From the NCBI GenBank assembly GCA_027022365.1, contig JALVYU010000026.1:192001-256000 (forward strand): 64,000 bases of DNA. The letters run 5' to 3'. The notes under the pieces are model-generated. The model saw only the letters and a list, made by a program, of their open reading frames with translations, did not search any database and had not been told where the DNA came from. Shown piece by piece: positions 1-9,323 of the stretch. Both the position numbers and the translations under genes were made by a program. Position 1 is the stretch's first letter, and each line of letters begins with the position of its first letter. The stretch comes from Desulfurococcales archaeon (lineage in GTDB: Archaea; Thermoproteota; Thermoprotei_A; Sulfolobales; Desulfurococcaceae).

Positions 1-545
1 TCGTTGAAGCTTCTCGATGCATCCACCATTATGAGTAGTCCTTTATCAACGAGGTACAAGTAGTTCTGCCTGACCTTCTCGAGGATTTCCAGCTGTTCGT
101 ACTCGGGGAACCTAGACGATAATCCCTTCCTTCTCTTAAGCCCTAACCCGGGATCTATGTCTAGGTAGATCGCTATGTCGGGCCTCATGGCGAATCTGTT
201 GATCTCGAGTATCCAATCTATTGGTGCTCCCATGGCTCCCTGGTAGGCCGCACTACTGTAGTAGTAGCGGTCGCACAAAACTATCTTTCCTTCACGGATG
301 GCTGGTTCTATGACCATTTCGATGTGTAGTAATCGGTCGGCAGCATATGTTAGGGCGTCTAGGAAAGCCGACCGAAAACTACTGTATTCGTTCTTGAGTA
401 TCTCTACATAGCGGGTATTGTACGGCTCATACGTGTATAGCGCTTGGTACTTGCTTTTTTCGATATCTTCTAATAGCTTATAGGCGATGCTGGTCTTGCC
501 AGCCCCATCTATTCCTTCCAGAACAACAAGTTTTCCCCTACTCAA
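1..545 (-). CDS. tmk: thymidylate (dTMP) kinase, 3' part outside the window
   Basis: Manual minus-strand translation from TTG at 545: MSRGKLVVLEGIDGAGKTS (P-loop) ... YAADR ... LCDRYYYSSAAYQG. Not in the ORF track because it runs off the window. Confidence 0.9.
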   Translation of the reverse strand, partial: MSRGKLVVLEGIDGAGKTSIAYKLLEDIEKSKYQALYTYEPYNTRYVEILKNEYSSFRSAFLDALTYAADRLLHIEMVIEPAIREGKIVLCDRYYYSSAAYQGAMGAPIDWILEINRFAMRPDIAIYLDIDPGLGLKRRKGLSSRFPEYEQLEILEKVRQNYLYLVDKGLLIMVDASRSFN

Positions 546-936
546 TAAACAGCACCTCTTCCCCGCGTCCATGAAGTATTATGGCATGCTCCCTGTTCTT
601 AACGTGTCCTACTAATTCCTCATACTCCTCCCTGACTATAAACAATGGTATATCTGCAAGGACTGCTCCAGCAATGAGTATTGGCTCGGCATCATGCACA
701 ATCATACATGCAGGTGCATGGCCATAGTATTTAAGGCCATATATTATGTACGTGCCGACAGTCGAACCTCTTGTTCCAGGGAAGATGAGGGCTTTTCCGC
801 CGATGTAGTGGCCCTCAACAGTTCTACCCATCCTAGGATCTACTTCGCCGAAGAAACTGATCCTGTGATCGACTACTAGGGCTTCCGCCCTACAGCTGCC
901 GTCAACTATGATCTTGTCGATCCTTATCCTCTTCAA
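538..936 (-). CDS. aconitase X swivel-domain protein (DUF126); probable phosphomevalonate dehydratase small subunit
   Basis: ISFFGEVDP and GTRGSTVG motifs; adjacent to AcnX large subunit and UbiD. Confidence 0.8.
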   Translation of the reverse strand: MKRIRIDKIIVDGSCRAEALVVDHRISFFGEVDPRMGRTVEGHYIGGKALIFPGTRGSTVGTYIIYGLKYYGHAPACMIVHDAEPILIAGAVLADIPLFIVREEYEELVGHVKNREHAIILHGRGEEVLFIE

Positions 937-2102
937 TACTTTGCACCGATAATTTCCTCTATGCTTGCAAGGTACACGTCTAGTTTGTGTAGTCTTCTCA
1001 GATAGAAGAACGCCTTACCACTATTAGTGACCACTAGTCCGGGTTTATACTTGAACCTCGTTACAACTGGACATGTGCCCGCAATAACTTCTATACATTT
1101 CTTCCTAAGAATACCAAATTCTCTTCCGAACACGCTAAACACTATAGGTGGTATTGATAAGATCATTTTACCCCTAGCCTTCCATAAGCATTTTTCCAGT
1201 GACCGCATTATCTTGAGCACCTCGGCGCCTGAAAGGTGTGGGCACCCGATATAAGCAAGATCATAGTCTCCCCTACTCCACAAGTAGTCTCTATAGTCTT
1301 TCAGGAGATCCTCCCTCCTCAATGAGATCTTGTCAACTATATCCTCCCCATAGGTTCTCGGAGGCGTCACTCCACGGATCACTATTAGGGCGTGGCTCCC
1401 AGTCGCAGCTGCAGACGCCAGCAATAGCTTGATCTCATGAATACTTGGCCTCGGAGTAAGTTCTAGCAGGGGTATATTGTTGATGCTCTCCCCGATCCAT
1501 AGGCCTAGGAGGCTCGCCGTCAGATCATCTAGCCGGTCATGGAATCTAATCATAACTCTAGCCGTGCGCTCCTCGATCTTGTGGAGCCCTGCGTCGTATA
1601 TATACCCTGTTATTGATGCTAGGAGCGCTATAGGGCCCCCCTCCCTGTTCGTCCTGGCCCCATAGAAGCTGTTGGCCATAGCTACGGCATTACTCTCCCC
1701 CCACGCTAGGTGTTCATGGGGCGCGGGGGCTCTCAGCATGTATGGAAGGCATGTATAAGTGGGTTTTATCCTCATTTTCTCGAGTGCTTTATTGACGAGG
1801 AGTTGTTGCTCTAGATGACTATGATCGATCAGACTCGATTCTCCAGTAAGGTCTACACAGGTGGGATTGGACGTGGTGTAGACAGCTGTTTCCGCACCAC
1901 TACTGGCTAATTCTTCCAGAAACTTTAGGCCCGGCTCACCTATGTTTGTGTAGGATATGCCGGAGACATGTGCATGCCTTATCTTAACCAGCCTGTCGGC
2001 GCCCAGCGCCTCCCCTACCCGGACAATCACCTTTAGGGCTTTCGCTTTCACCCAGCCTTCTTCCCCGGCAAGTATTCTTTCCTGTTCCCTGGTCAGGTAC
2101 AT
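933..2102 (-). CDS. aconitase X catalytic subunit (DUF521); probable phosphomevalonate dehydratase large subunit
   Basis: MYLTREQE..GEEG start, HVSGISY, YTCLPY, ESNAV..ANS..GARTNREGGP, IGCPH, TCPVV motifs. Confidence 0.85.
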   Translation of the reverse strand: MYLTREQERILAGEEGWVKAKALKVIVRVGEALGADRLVKIRHAHVSGISYTNIGEPGLKFLEELASSGAETAVYTTSNPTCVDLTGESSLIDHSHLEQQLLVNKALEKMRIKPTYTCLPYMLRAPAPHEHLAWGESNAVAMANSFYGARTNREGGPIALLASITGYIYDAGLHKIEERTARVMIRFHDRLDDLTASLLGLWIGESINNIPLLELTPRPSIHEIKLLLASAAATGSHALIVIRGVTPPRTYGEDIVDKISLRREDLLKDYRDYLWSRGDYDLAYIGCPHLSGAEVLKIMRSLEKCLWKARGKMILSIPPIVFSVFGREFGILRKKCIEVIAGTCPVVTRFKYKPGLVVTNSGKAFFYLRRLHKLDVYLASIEEIIGAKY

Positions 2103-3376
2103 TAGCTGGGCTTCACCATCCTATACTTTGTCCACGGCTCGGACAACGGCTTTGTCGCATCTATGATCACCTTATCACATACTCCCTCATCGCATCTAGG
2201 GTCTAGTGTACTTCCCCTAGTCCTTCTAATCACATGTATGTCCTCGCTTGGTTTGACGCGTGTCGCTATGGCCCATTCAACCATGAATGAGTCATCCACG
2301 TCTATATCGTGATCAACGACGATAACCAGTTTGGCGCTAGGGTGGGCAGCGAGCGCGGCCATCCCGGCGTTGACCGCCTCTCCCTCTCTCGTTTTCTCGA
2401 TTGAGACGATTATGTGCAACCATGAAGAGCCTCCACGCGTAAGTCTCACGGACTTGACGCCGGCCACGGCTTTCTTCACGCTCTCATATATTACTGGCTC
2501 CTTCGGGAAACCCATGAACATGTAGTGTTCGTGATATCCCGGGACTATTGCGTGGACCATTGGGTCATGTTTTTTGTTCACATATATCGCGTCAACCTCC
2601 AGTACTGGCTGTAGCCTCTTCTTATCGACCATTCGGAGTATATCGACAAAGGGGCCCTCCCATGCTTTATCCCGTGTTATCCTTCCCTCGATTATTACCG
2701 AGGCGTTTACCGGGATATTTAGGCCGTGGATAGGGGTTTCTACGACACGTTTATCCCCTGTTATCCTAGCATAGATGTCTAGCTCGTATTTCCCGAGCGG
2801 CGGGCTGGTCGCGGCCGCTAGCTCGAAGACAGGGTGCGCGCCTAGGATGACCGCTACAGGCGTGTCTTCTCCTTTCTCAGCATGTTTTTTAACTATGTAG
2901 TAGAGGTGGCGTGGAACTATTCTTAGTGTTGCTCTGCGTGGTCCCAGCCTCATAATCCTGTGTATGCTGGCGTTATGGATGTTGTTCCATTTAGTAATAA
3001 CGATAGATCCTGTTAGATAGTATCCCCCGTCTTCTCGGTAGAATTTTATGAACGGTATATCTTCGAGACTACCACTATATTTCTCATAGTAGTCTTCGAA
3101 CACTTCAAGACTGTATTTTGGGGGCGGGCTATTAATAGCGTTGATGTATTTTTCATAGAGTACTGTATCACTGTCTACTTGGAACAGGCTATACAGATCT
3201 TTCCTTGTCGTTACTATGTTTGAGTAGCAGGGAAGTTTTGCTCCTTTAACCCTGTATATGTATAGGGTGTCGGGATTCCTGTTGCTTATCCTTGTTATGG
3301 TGTATTCGGCCTCTATTTCCCCTAGATCCTCTATTTTCTTCCCACTAGCCAGGCTTATCGCAGGGTGAACAAGCAT
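2102..3376 (-). CDS. UbiD-family decarboxylase; probable trans-anhydromevalonate phosphate decarboxylase
   Basis: NASIHR, EGPF, VVDHDIDV, WAIATR, GSTLDP, IDATKP motifs; operon with AcnX subunits. Confidence 0.85.
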   Translation of the reverse strand: MLVHPAISLASGKKIEDLGEIEAEYTITRISNRNPDTLYIYRVKGAKLPCYSNIVTTRKDLYSLFQVDSDTVLYEKYINAINSPPPKYSLEVFEDYYEKYSGSLEDIPFIKFYREDGGYYLTGSIVITKWNNIHNASIHRIMRLGPRRATLRIVPRHLYYIVKKHAEKGEDTPVAVILGAHPVFELAAATSPPLGKYELDIYARITGDKRVVETPIHGLNIPVNASVIIEGRITRDKAWEGPFVDILRMVDKKRLQPVLEVDAIYVNKKHDPMVHAIVPGYHEHYMFMGFPKEPVIYESVKKAVAGVKSVRLTRGGSSWLHIIVSIEKTREGEAVNAGMAALAAHPSAKLVIVVDHDIDVDDSFMVEWAIATRVKPSEDIHVIRRTRGSTLDPRCDEGVCDKVIIDATKPLSEPWTKYRMVKPS

Positions 3377-3387
3377 TTGCCTAGCAC

Positions 3388-4635
3388 CTAGTATTCGAGC
3401 AATGATTCGTGATATTCTTCTGTGAGCTTATATCTTGCGAGTCTGACTATGTGTGTATTTGTTAGTTCTTTAGTCTTCAGGTAGATTGTCCCGCCTGCGA
3501 AGTCTATTTTCTCGATCATCGCGGGATAGTCTGTCTGGTCACCAATAAGGGCTGCATAAGCCCGTTTCTCGAATCCGGCCACATAGTACCTTATCCTCTG
3601 TACGCCGAAAGCGCTTTTCAATAGGTCGAGCCGCGGGCTCTTGATCGGTTCTTGGACAACCATATATAGTGTGTCCGGAGTCTTTGACGCATATAGTGGC
3701 TTCACACCAATTATCTCCCGTATTAATGCGGGATCCACTGGTGCTCCATGGAATAATGGGTGGCCTGAGATTATAGTGGCGGCCAGCCCTAGTCTTACCG
3801 GTTTGCCGCCGTCAAGGTATTCCCTGTATTTTTCTGATCTCAAACACCTTCTATCTTCTCTGTTTCTCTCCCTCTTGCTGGGCGGCGGCTTGATCATCTT
3901 CACCTTTATCCCGATCGAGCTATATTTATTATAGATCTCGTAGAGGGTACCCCCAATAACCACTAAGTAGTCAGGCCTTATCTCCTCGATGAGTGTTGAC
4001 TTGTATATTGTTGCATAGGTATCCATTATCCACCCATCAGTATCTATTATGACAGGCGATCTATTGTCTCGTATGGAGATATCTATCAATTGTTTTATGG
4101 CCTGTATTATCTGGAACATGTGCCCCTGGGGCTTGATATCTCCTATAAACTTCATTGCCTGGGGCTTGAGGGTCCTCATCCACACGGTTTTCCCGCTGGG
4201 ATAGGATAGAGTTATGAAGCCCGGGGGCCCTATATCTGCTTGTCCTACATCACCATCTATTATCGCTGGTTTTCCCCCGTTTCTGAGCGCAATGTTTGAT
4301 AATAGTATTGATACGGATGATTTCCCCGAGTCAACTTGGCCGATAACCATTATTTTGCGGGGCTTATCATTGATTATTTCCTCAGCTGTTTTTCTCCATT
4401 CAAGATACGGGTCCTCTTGGCCTGCCGCCTGAATCGTTCCCTCGGAGCCAAGGTTTACGTCTAGTATTGATTCTTTCAGGGCCAGGATGGTATAGCTTCT
4501 TAGTCTGTGTATGATTATTCTCTCGCCTGCACTATATAGTGCTCCGAGAACCTCTATTTCCCCCGTGGCTACGTTTAGTGCGGCTGGGCCGAAGACCCTT
4601 ATAAGCTCACCCTCTGCTAGATGGATTCTCGGCAT
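3388..4635 (-). CDS. Clp1/Grc3-family polynucleotide 5'-hydroxyl kinase
   Basis: GQVDSGKS P-loop, DGDVGQADIGPPG, IIDTDGW, arginine-rich lid. Confidence 0.85.
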   Translation of the reverse strand: MPRIHLAEGELIRVFGPAALNVATGEIEVLGALYSAGERIIIHRLRSYTILALKESILDVNLGSEGTIQAAGQEDPYLEWRKTAEEIINDKPRKIMVIGQVDSGKSSVSILLSNIALRNGGKPAIIDGDVGQADIGPPGFITLSYPSGKTVWMRTLKPQAMKFIGDIKPQGHMFQIIQAIKQLIDISIRDNRSPVIIDTDGWIMDTYATIYKSTLIEEIRPDYLVVIGGTLYEIYNKYSSIGIKVKMIKPPPSKRERNREDRRCLRSEKYREYLDGGKPVRLGLAATIISGHPLFHGAPVDPALIREIIGVKPLYASKTPDTLYMVVQEPIKSPRLDLLKSAFGVQRIRYYVAGFEKRAYAALIGDQTDYPAMIEKIDFAGGTIYLKTKELTNTHIVRLARYKLTEEYHESLLEY

Positions 4636-4636
4636 C

Positions 4637-5305
4637 TTACGCTATTACCTCGATTCCTTTTCTTAGTGCGATTGATAAGGCTGCATAGGCGTCCTTGTTC
4701 CTATATGGTTTGAGCATGTTTTTTATTCTCTCAACTATCTCTCCCGTGCCGTTTTTCGGCGTGGTTTTAGCCTCATCCACTATTTCTACGGCTATGTCTC
4801 TCTCGGCTTTTTTCAGCGTGTATGCTATTCTCCACCCGTTGTGGCATTGTCCGACACGCACTTTCAGTGTCTTGTATGGATATTCCTGCTTGATCCTCTC
4901 GATCTCTTTTGCCAGGGGGGCCTCTGGATCTAATCTCTTCATCTCGAGGATCTCCGAGTCTCCCAGCACTATAATGTATGGGCTGGGCCCGGGATCAACT
5001 CCTACTATGATCTCATTATATGTTTCTTTGAGTTTTGTTCTTAGGATTGCTTTCTCGACGACTAGCGACCGGTGTTCTGGATCATATACTATCTCTAGGT
5101 CTTTTCTCCCCGCTACTTGGTCGACGAAGTACTTGTAGTCCGTATAGAGTACGCTATAGTATGGTATGTTGTCAGGTGTATAGTATAGGGTGTAAGGTAT
5201 TCTACGGGCTTTCAGCCTGTCAAGGACTTTCATGAACCATCTCGGATCATATACTGCAAGCACCAGTGCTCTGTATCTTGGCGTGCTCAATGTCAGTTCT
5301 TCCAC
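4637..5305 (-). CDS. conserved hypothetical protein, possible RNase H-like fold
   Basis: IIVGVDPG motif and C-terminal DAYAALSIA; co-oriented with Clp1. Confidence 0.5.
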   Translation of the reverse strand: MEELTLSTPRYRALVLAVYDPRWFMKVLDRLKARRIPYTLYYTPDNIPYYSVLYTDYKYFVDQVAGRKDLEIVYDPEHRSLVVEKAILRTKLKETYNEIIVGVDPGPSPYIIVLGDSEILEMKRLDPEAPLAKEIERIKQEYPYKTLKVRVGQCHNGWRIAYTLKKAERDIAVEIVDEAKTTPKNGTGEIVERIKNMLKPYRNKDAYAALSIALRKGIEVIA

Positions 5306-5400
5306 CCTTTTCGTGGACAGGTTTCAGACTATAATCCTTTATTATATTGTAACCTCTATTTTTATCCTCATGTAACCGCTAATGGGTGGTGCCATAATTA

Positions 5401-6060
5401 TTGGGTGGCGCGCGAAGTATTACTGGCTGGGGTGCCCTCGATAAGATTATTGGGTCCCCGCCGCGCGCCATCCTATTTTATGGGGAAGCCGGTATCGGTA
5501 AGACGAACATGTTGCTATGGATCGCGAAGAATGTGTGTAGGGAGAGCTGCCCATGTATCTATATCAGTACTGAGGGCTCCCTGTACCAGGGGATCGTTGC
5601 ACGTAGGCCTGAGGACTACGAGCATGTATTGTTTGGTGAGACCAGGGATTTGTATGGTTTGCTTGAGACGATTATTCGAGGGGTTTACCCGGTTGAACCC
5701 TGTGCTGTGTTTGTGGATAGTATTAATGCTCCGTTCCGAGAGGCGTCGGGGTCTGAGGAATCCATACCCTTATTTGGACTCATACTTGCTCTGCTGAGGA
5801 AGAAGACCGATGAGGGTAGGGCCTACTTGTTCGCCTCGGCCCAGGTGAGGGGTTTGACCGAGCTTGAGCCGCGTGGTGAGGGGGAGGAGGTTGTCGCTAG
5901 CGGCATGTCTATCCTTGAGTACTGGTTTGACGTAATAGTTTTTCTGGGTGTAGAGGAGGGGCTCCGCTATGCCCGTATTGTTAAGCCTGAGGGATTGGAG
6001 GCTGAGGCATACTTCGTGATCGAGAATGGGGGTGTTGAATGGTTTGAGTCTCTCGAATAA
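5401..6060 (+). CDS. RecA/RadB-like ATPase
   Basis: GEAGIGKT Walker A, YISTEG, VFVDSI Walker B. Confidence 0.75.
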   Translation: MGGARSITGWGALDKIIGSPPRAILFYGEAGIGKTNMLLWIAKNVCRESCPCIYISTEGSLYQGIVARRPEDYEHVLFGETRDLYGLLETIIRGVYPVEPCAVFVDSINAPFREASGSEESIPLFGLILALLRKKTDEGRAYLFASAQVRGLTELEPRGEGEEVVASGMSILEYWFDVIVFLGVEEGLRYARIVKPEGLEAEAYFVIENGGVEWFESLE

Positions 6061-6571
6061 TGTCTTCACGGTGTGTTTTTTGCTCTGGTTCATAAGGTAT
6101 TATGTGCCCCCAATGATCGCTAATGCTTCTCCACTACTAGTTAGTGGCTCTCATCCTATCGATGGTGGTAGAGTATTTATCGACGGCAAGCCCCTGCTCG
6201 GGCCTGGTAAGACTGTTGAGGGCTTCATCACCGGGGCCTTAATGGCTCTTTTTTCTTCAATGCTTGTATCAGTTATTGTTGGTGACGAGTATTTTGTCCC
6301 CTACGGATTTATTGGTGGTGTCGCTGGTTTACTGGGGGATATGGTGGCTTCGTTCTTTAAGAGGCGTTTGGGGCTTAAGCAAGGTGATCCTCTCCCCATT
6401 ATTGATCAGCTGGACTTCGCAGTAGCTTCAACCATATTTTACTGGTTTGTAGACCCGGGTTTTGCTTATAGGCCTTTGTTCGTACTCTACGCGTTTATTA
6501 TTATCTTGGTTCTCCATATTGTCACCAATAATATCGCCTATTATATGGGGGTTAAGGATAGACGATGGTAG
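6026..6571 (+). CDS. carS: CDP-archaeol synthase (DUF46)
   Basis: ANASP, PIDGGR..DG..LLGPGKTVEG, GDMVASFFKRRLG, IDQLDF motifs. Confidence 0.85.
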   Translation: MGVLNGLSLSNNVFTVCFLLWFIRYYVPPMIANASPLLVSGSHPIDGGRVFIDGKPLLGPGKTVEGFITGALMALFSSMLVSVIVGDEYFVPYGFIGGVAGLLGDMVASFFKRRLGLKQGDPLPIIDQLDFAVASTIFYWFVDPGFAYRPLFVLYAFIIILVLHIVTNNIAYYMGVKDRRW

Positions 6572-6654
6572 TTTTTCGCTAGATTTATTATAGGTAATGT
6601 TTTAAGTTGGTTTGGATTGATACTACTGCGTAGTTGGAGCGGAATGGTTGAGGG

Positions 6655-6951
6655 GTGCTACGGTTGAGGATCCCCAAGATGATAGTGACGTATTGTCCGA
6701 GGTGCAAGACCCATACACCGCATACTGTGACGATTTATAAGCATGGCAAGAGGAGGAGCATGGCTCAGGGTGAGCGTAGATACGCGGCTAAGAAGAAAGG
6801 TTATGGTTCTAAGAGGAAGAGCGAGCAGAAGAGATTCGCTAAGGTTACCAAGAAGGTTGTGCTTAAGCTTAAGTGTAGGAAATGCGGCTATATCTTGCAT
6901 AGGAGAGGTATTCGTATGAAGAAGTATGAGCTTGTGGAGGTGACTCGTTAG
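6655..6951 (+). CDS. rpl44e: 50S ribosomal protein L44e
   Basis: [14 protein letters not shown] ... [16 protein letters not shown]. Confidence 0.95.
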   Translation: MLRLRIPKMIVTYCPRCKTHTPHTVTIYKHGKRRSMAQGERRYAAKKKGYGSKRKSEQKRFAKVTKKVVLKLKCRKCGYILHRRGIRMKKYELVEVTR

Positions 6952-6953
6952 CC

Positions 6954-7163
6954 ATGGTTAAGAGGAGAAAGATCCTTATTCCTCAGCCTAGGAGTAGATT
7001 CTTGAAGGTTGTGTGTAAGACCTGTGGTGCTGAGAATATAGTGTTTAGCCACGCGACCTTCCCGGCTCGATGCAAGGTATGCGGTACTCTGCTTGTCAGG
7101 CCTACTGGTGGGAAGGCCGAAATTATAAGGGAGCATGCCGAGATTGTTGCTGAGCTCGGATGA
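6954..7163 (+). CDS. rps27e: 30S ribosomal protein S27e
   Basis: PRSRFLKVVCKTCG..NIVFSHA..CKVCG..PTGGKA. Confidence 0.95.
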   Translation: MVKRRKILIPQPRSRFLKVVCKTCGAENIVFSHATFPARCKVCGTLLVRPTGGKAEIIREHAEIVAELG

Positions 7164-7332
7164 GATCGTTTCTCTTGTTCTTCATCTTTTCTCGTAATAT
7201 AGGTCTTTGATTATCCTAGTGTCTATTCTTCATAGGATGTATAGTAGTCGATAAGATTACTTCATTGTTTATTGGCGGAGGAAGATATGTATTATTTAAA
7301 AATTGAGTGTTTGTTATTACTTGTTCTCTTGA

Positions 7333-8025
7333 TTAGAATAATGCTGTACCTATAAGTATTGTTAGGAAGCTGACTAGCGGCACCGTTATGTTGTCATCGA
7401 TCGGGTTTGACTCGAAGTGTTCAACGATGCTTGCAAGTAGGCCTGCTAATGCCCCTATCCATCCTAAGGCTATATATCCTATTGGTATGACTACTGCGGC
7501 CATTGCTATGTTTCCTATCCAGGACTTTGTTCTTTTATTGTACAGCATGTTTCGAATAATACCTGTTACGCCGTCGCCGAACGCCATAAAGGCTACGGGT
7601 ATTACACCGTACCACCAGTTGTGGAAGATTAACCACGCAAGCGTAATGGTTACTCCCCACATAATTATGAAGTGTATCTCGTAGTTGTTCTCCTCTACTT
7701 GGAACCAGTCCATTAGTTGATTCCTTCTTCTAGGCAGCCATGTCAATATGGCTAGGATTACGGCTAGTAGTGCTGGGTACAACGGTGTTGTGTAGAAGAA
7801 TGGTACTAGAACCGATACAAGTCCTCCGGCCAGTATGTGTATTACTTTCCTATTATAGTAGACGGCCTTAATGTGTGTCATCCCTCTAGCACGCATCTTC
7901 TGGTACAAGAACTTCGTCAGTGGTCCGACGACGATCATTACCCAGATGAACAAGACCAGGGTAATTAAGCCCTCCCTAATCAATACACTAATATCCATGT
8001 TGTTCACCGAACCCAGTACATACAA
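7333..8025 (-). CDS. dolichol/phytol kinase-like membrane protein
   Basis: RKVIHIL, FGDGVTG, KSWIG, DDNITVP motifs; multiple TM helices. Confidence 0.75.
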   Translation of the reverse strand: MYVLGSVNNMDISVLIREGLITLVLFIWVMIVVGPLTKFLYQKMRARGMTHIKAVYYNRKVIHILAGGLVSVLVPFFYTTPLYPALLAVILAILTWLPRRRNQLMDWFQVEENNYEIHFIIMWGVTITLAWLIFHNWWYGVIPVAFMAFGDGVTGIIRNMLYNKRTKSWIGNIAMAAVVIPIGYIALGWIGALAGLLASIVEHFESNPIDDNITVPLVSFLTILIGTALF

Positions 8026-8107
8026 TACATACAGCTAAGTACAGCTACACACTAGAAAAATCTTCTAAATGTAAATATAAAAACCATACAGGCACAGAAA
8101 ACCCTCG

Positions 8108-8164
8108 GGGATGATGAAGGCCGTACTCACAGAGACAAGTGAAGAAACCTTTAAGTCCTGACCA
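8108..8164 (+). ncRNA. C/D box guide sRNA, both guides complementary to 16S rRNA
   Basis: C ATGATGA 8111-8117, D' CAGA 8130-8133, C' GTGAAGA 8139-8145, D CTGA 8158-8161. Guides GGCCGTACTC and CCTTTAAGT complement conserved 16S GAGUACGGCC...ACUUAAAGG (16S sequence recalled, not searched). Confidence 0.85.
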
Positions 8165-8181
8165 CGCCAGAAACTCGAAAC

Positions 8182-8240
8182 GTGTGATGAAGGCTAGATA
8201 AACTGAAATACACGGTGATGAAGGTTTCTGGTACTGAAAA
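8182..8240 (+). ncRNA. C/D box guide sRNA
   Basis: Perfect boxes GTGATGA 8184-8190, CTGA 8203-8206, GTGATGA 8215-8221, CTGA 8234-8237, with two 12-nt guides. Confidence 0.85.
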
Positions 8241-8494
8241 CAATTATAGAACACATCAACCCCAACATGATATATTACCAGCATGATCCGAGTTATCACC
8301 GATACCATTGATACATGATTTTATATAGCCTGAACATGCCAGTAAAACAGCCATCTTATAAAAATCGCAATAAATATGAGCCACAAATACACATAGCATC
8401 AGCACATCTCGTTAATTTAATTCCCAGATAACACACCTATACAACTTATTAGAAGAAATGGTGGCGGGGCCCCCACAATGGTAGCGGGGGGTGG

Positions 8495-9207
8495 ATTCTC
8501 CCGGGGCGGCTGTCCGCAGAGTCTTATTCGCTATATGTAATGAGTATTATTGACCCTTTTAAAACTTACTACAAATCTTAGTCAAAGCCCTTTTCTCAGC
8601 TTGATGATGAATATCCATGATGTTATATAGATTGCATACGTTATCTTTTCTACTAATAACTAATCTATAAAATCCCCAGGTCTCGCCATAATTATATCTT
8701 AGAATCTATGCTGATTTTCCTAAGCATTTTGAATATCTAACACTCCGTAATAGTTCACAGAATTGATGATAACTCTATGTTTTTGTTTATCAATATGTCC
8801 TTCATCTATAAATGCTGAGATCCAATTAATGAGTATATTGGGACTTTTTCTTATGAATGCCTGTGCTCTCCATAATTTTTGAATTATTTGCACCTAAACG
8901 TCTAAGTGTGTAGTAAAGATATCTTGATTTAACTCTTGCTATATAGACGTGTTTTTGGATGAATATACAATAGTCGGGCTTATCTTCAAAACATCATATA
9001 TGTCTCTGGCAAATGAACTAATTAGTTCAATTGATTTATTAATATATTCTATAATGTAACGTTTTCCTCTATCTCCTTTCTCGACATATATATGTCCATC
9101 TCCGCAAATATGTGCATGAATCCTTGCAAAATAAGGATTATCCATTAAGGACATGTTATTCCCGTTTTAGATAGAATAGGAGAATATAAAGCGGACAGCC
9201 GCCCCGT
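8495..9207 (-). other. tRNA intervening sequence 3 (T-loop, about 59/60), 713 nt
   Basis: Interrupts TTCAAA|TCCACC; ends closed by a perfect 16-bp inverted repeat (8502-8517 / 9191-9206); relaxed BHB. Junction is ambiguous by 1-2 nt because of A runs. Confidence 0.85.
8558..9154 (-). pseudogene. frameshifted two-motif LAGLIDADG homing endonuclease inside intervening sequence 3
   Basis: Motif 1 FARIHAHICGDGHI in ORF 8939-9154. Further frames give VYIARVKSRYLY, then WISAFIDEGHI (motif 2) ... RVIINSVN, then FYRLVIS. Several frameshifts are required. Confidence 0.75.
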
Positions 9208-9229
9208 TTTGAACCACCGACCTCGGGGT

Positions 9230-9250
9230 GTCCCTGAGGCGGCAGCCTCT
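9230..9250 (-). other. canonical 37/38 tRNA intron, 21 nt
   Basis: AGAGGCTGCCGCCTCAGGGAC: GAGGC/GCCTC hairpin, central helix CUCA/AGGG with one mismatch, bulges UA|A and AC|A. Confidence 0.88.
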
Positions 9251-9306
9251 TATGAGCTTCGCGGGGCGGGGCTACCGTCCCTGCTACTACCTTTATTATT
9301 GGGGGT

Positions 9307-9323
9307 CTTATAAAGTTTTATTC
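9307..9323 (-). promoter_or_regulatory. BRE/TATA-like promoter upstream of the middle tRNA piece
   Basis: GAATAAAACTTTATAAG on the minus strand, about 25 nt upstream of the GC-rich repeat at 9281; overlaps the AbrB stop codon. Confidence 0.55.

Noticed and set aside
8045-8308. 87-aa minus-strand ORF
   Set aside because: Antisense to two C/D sRNAs; no protein features.
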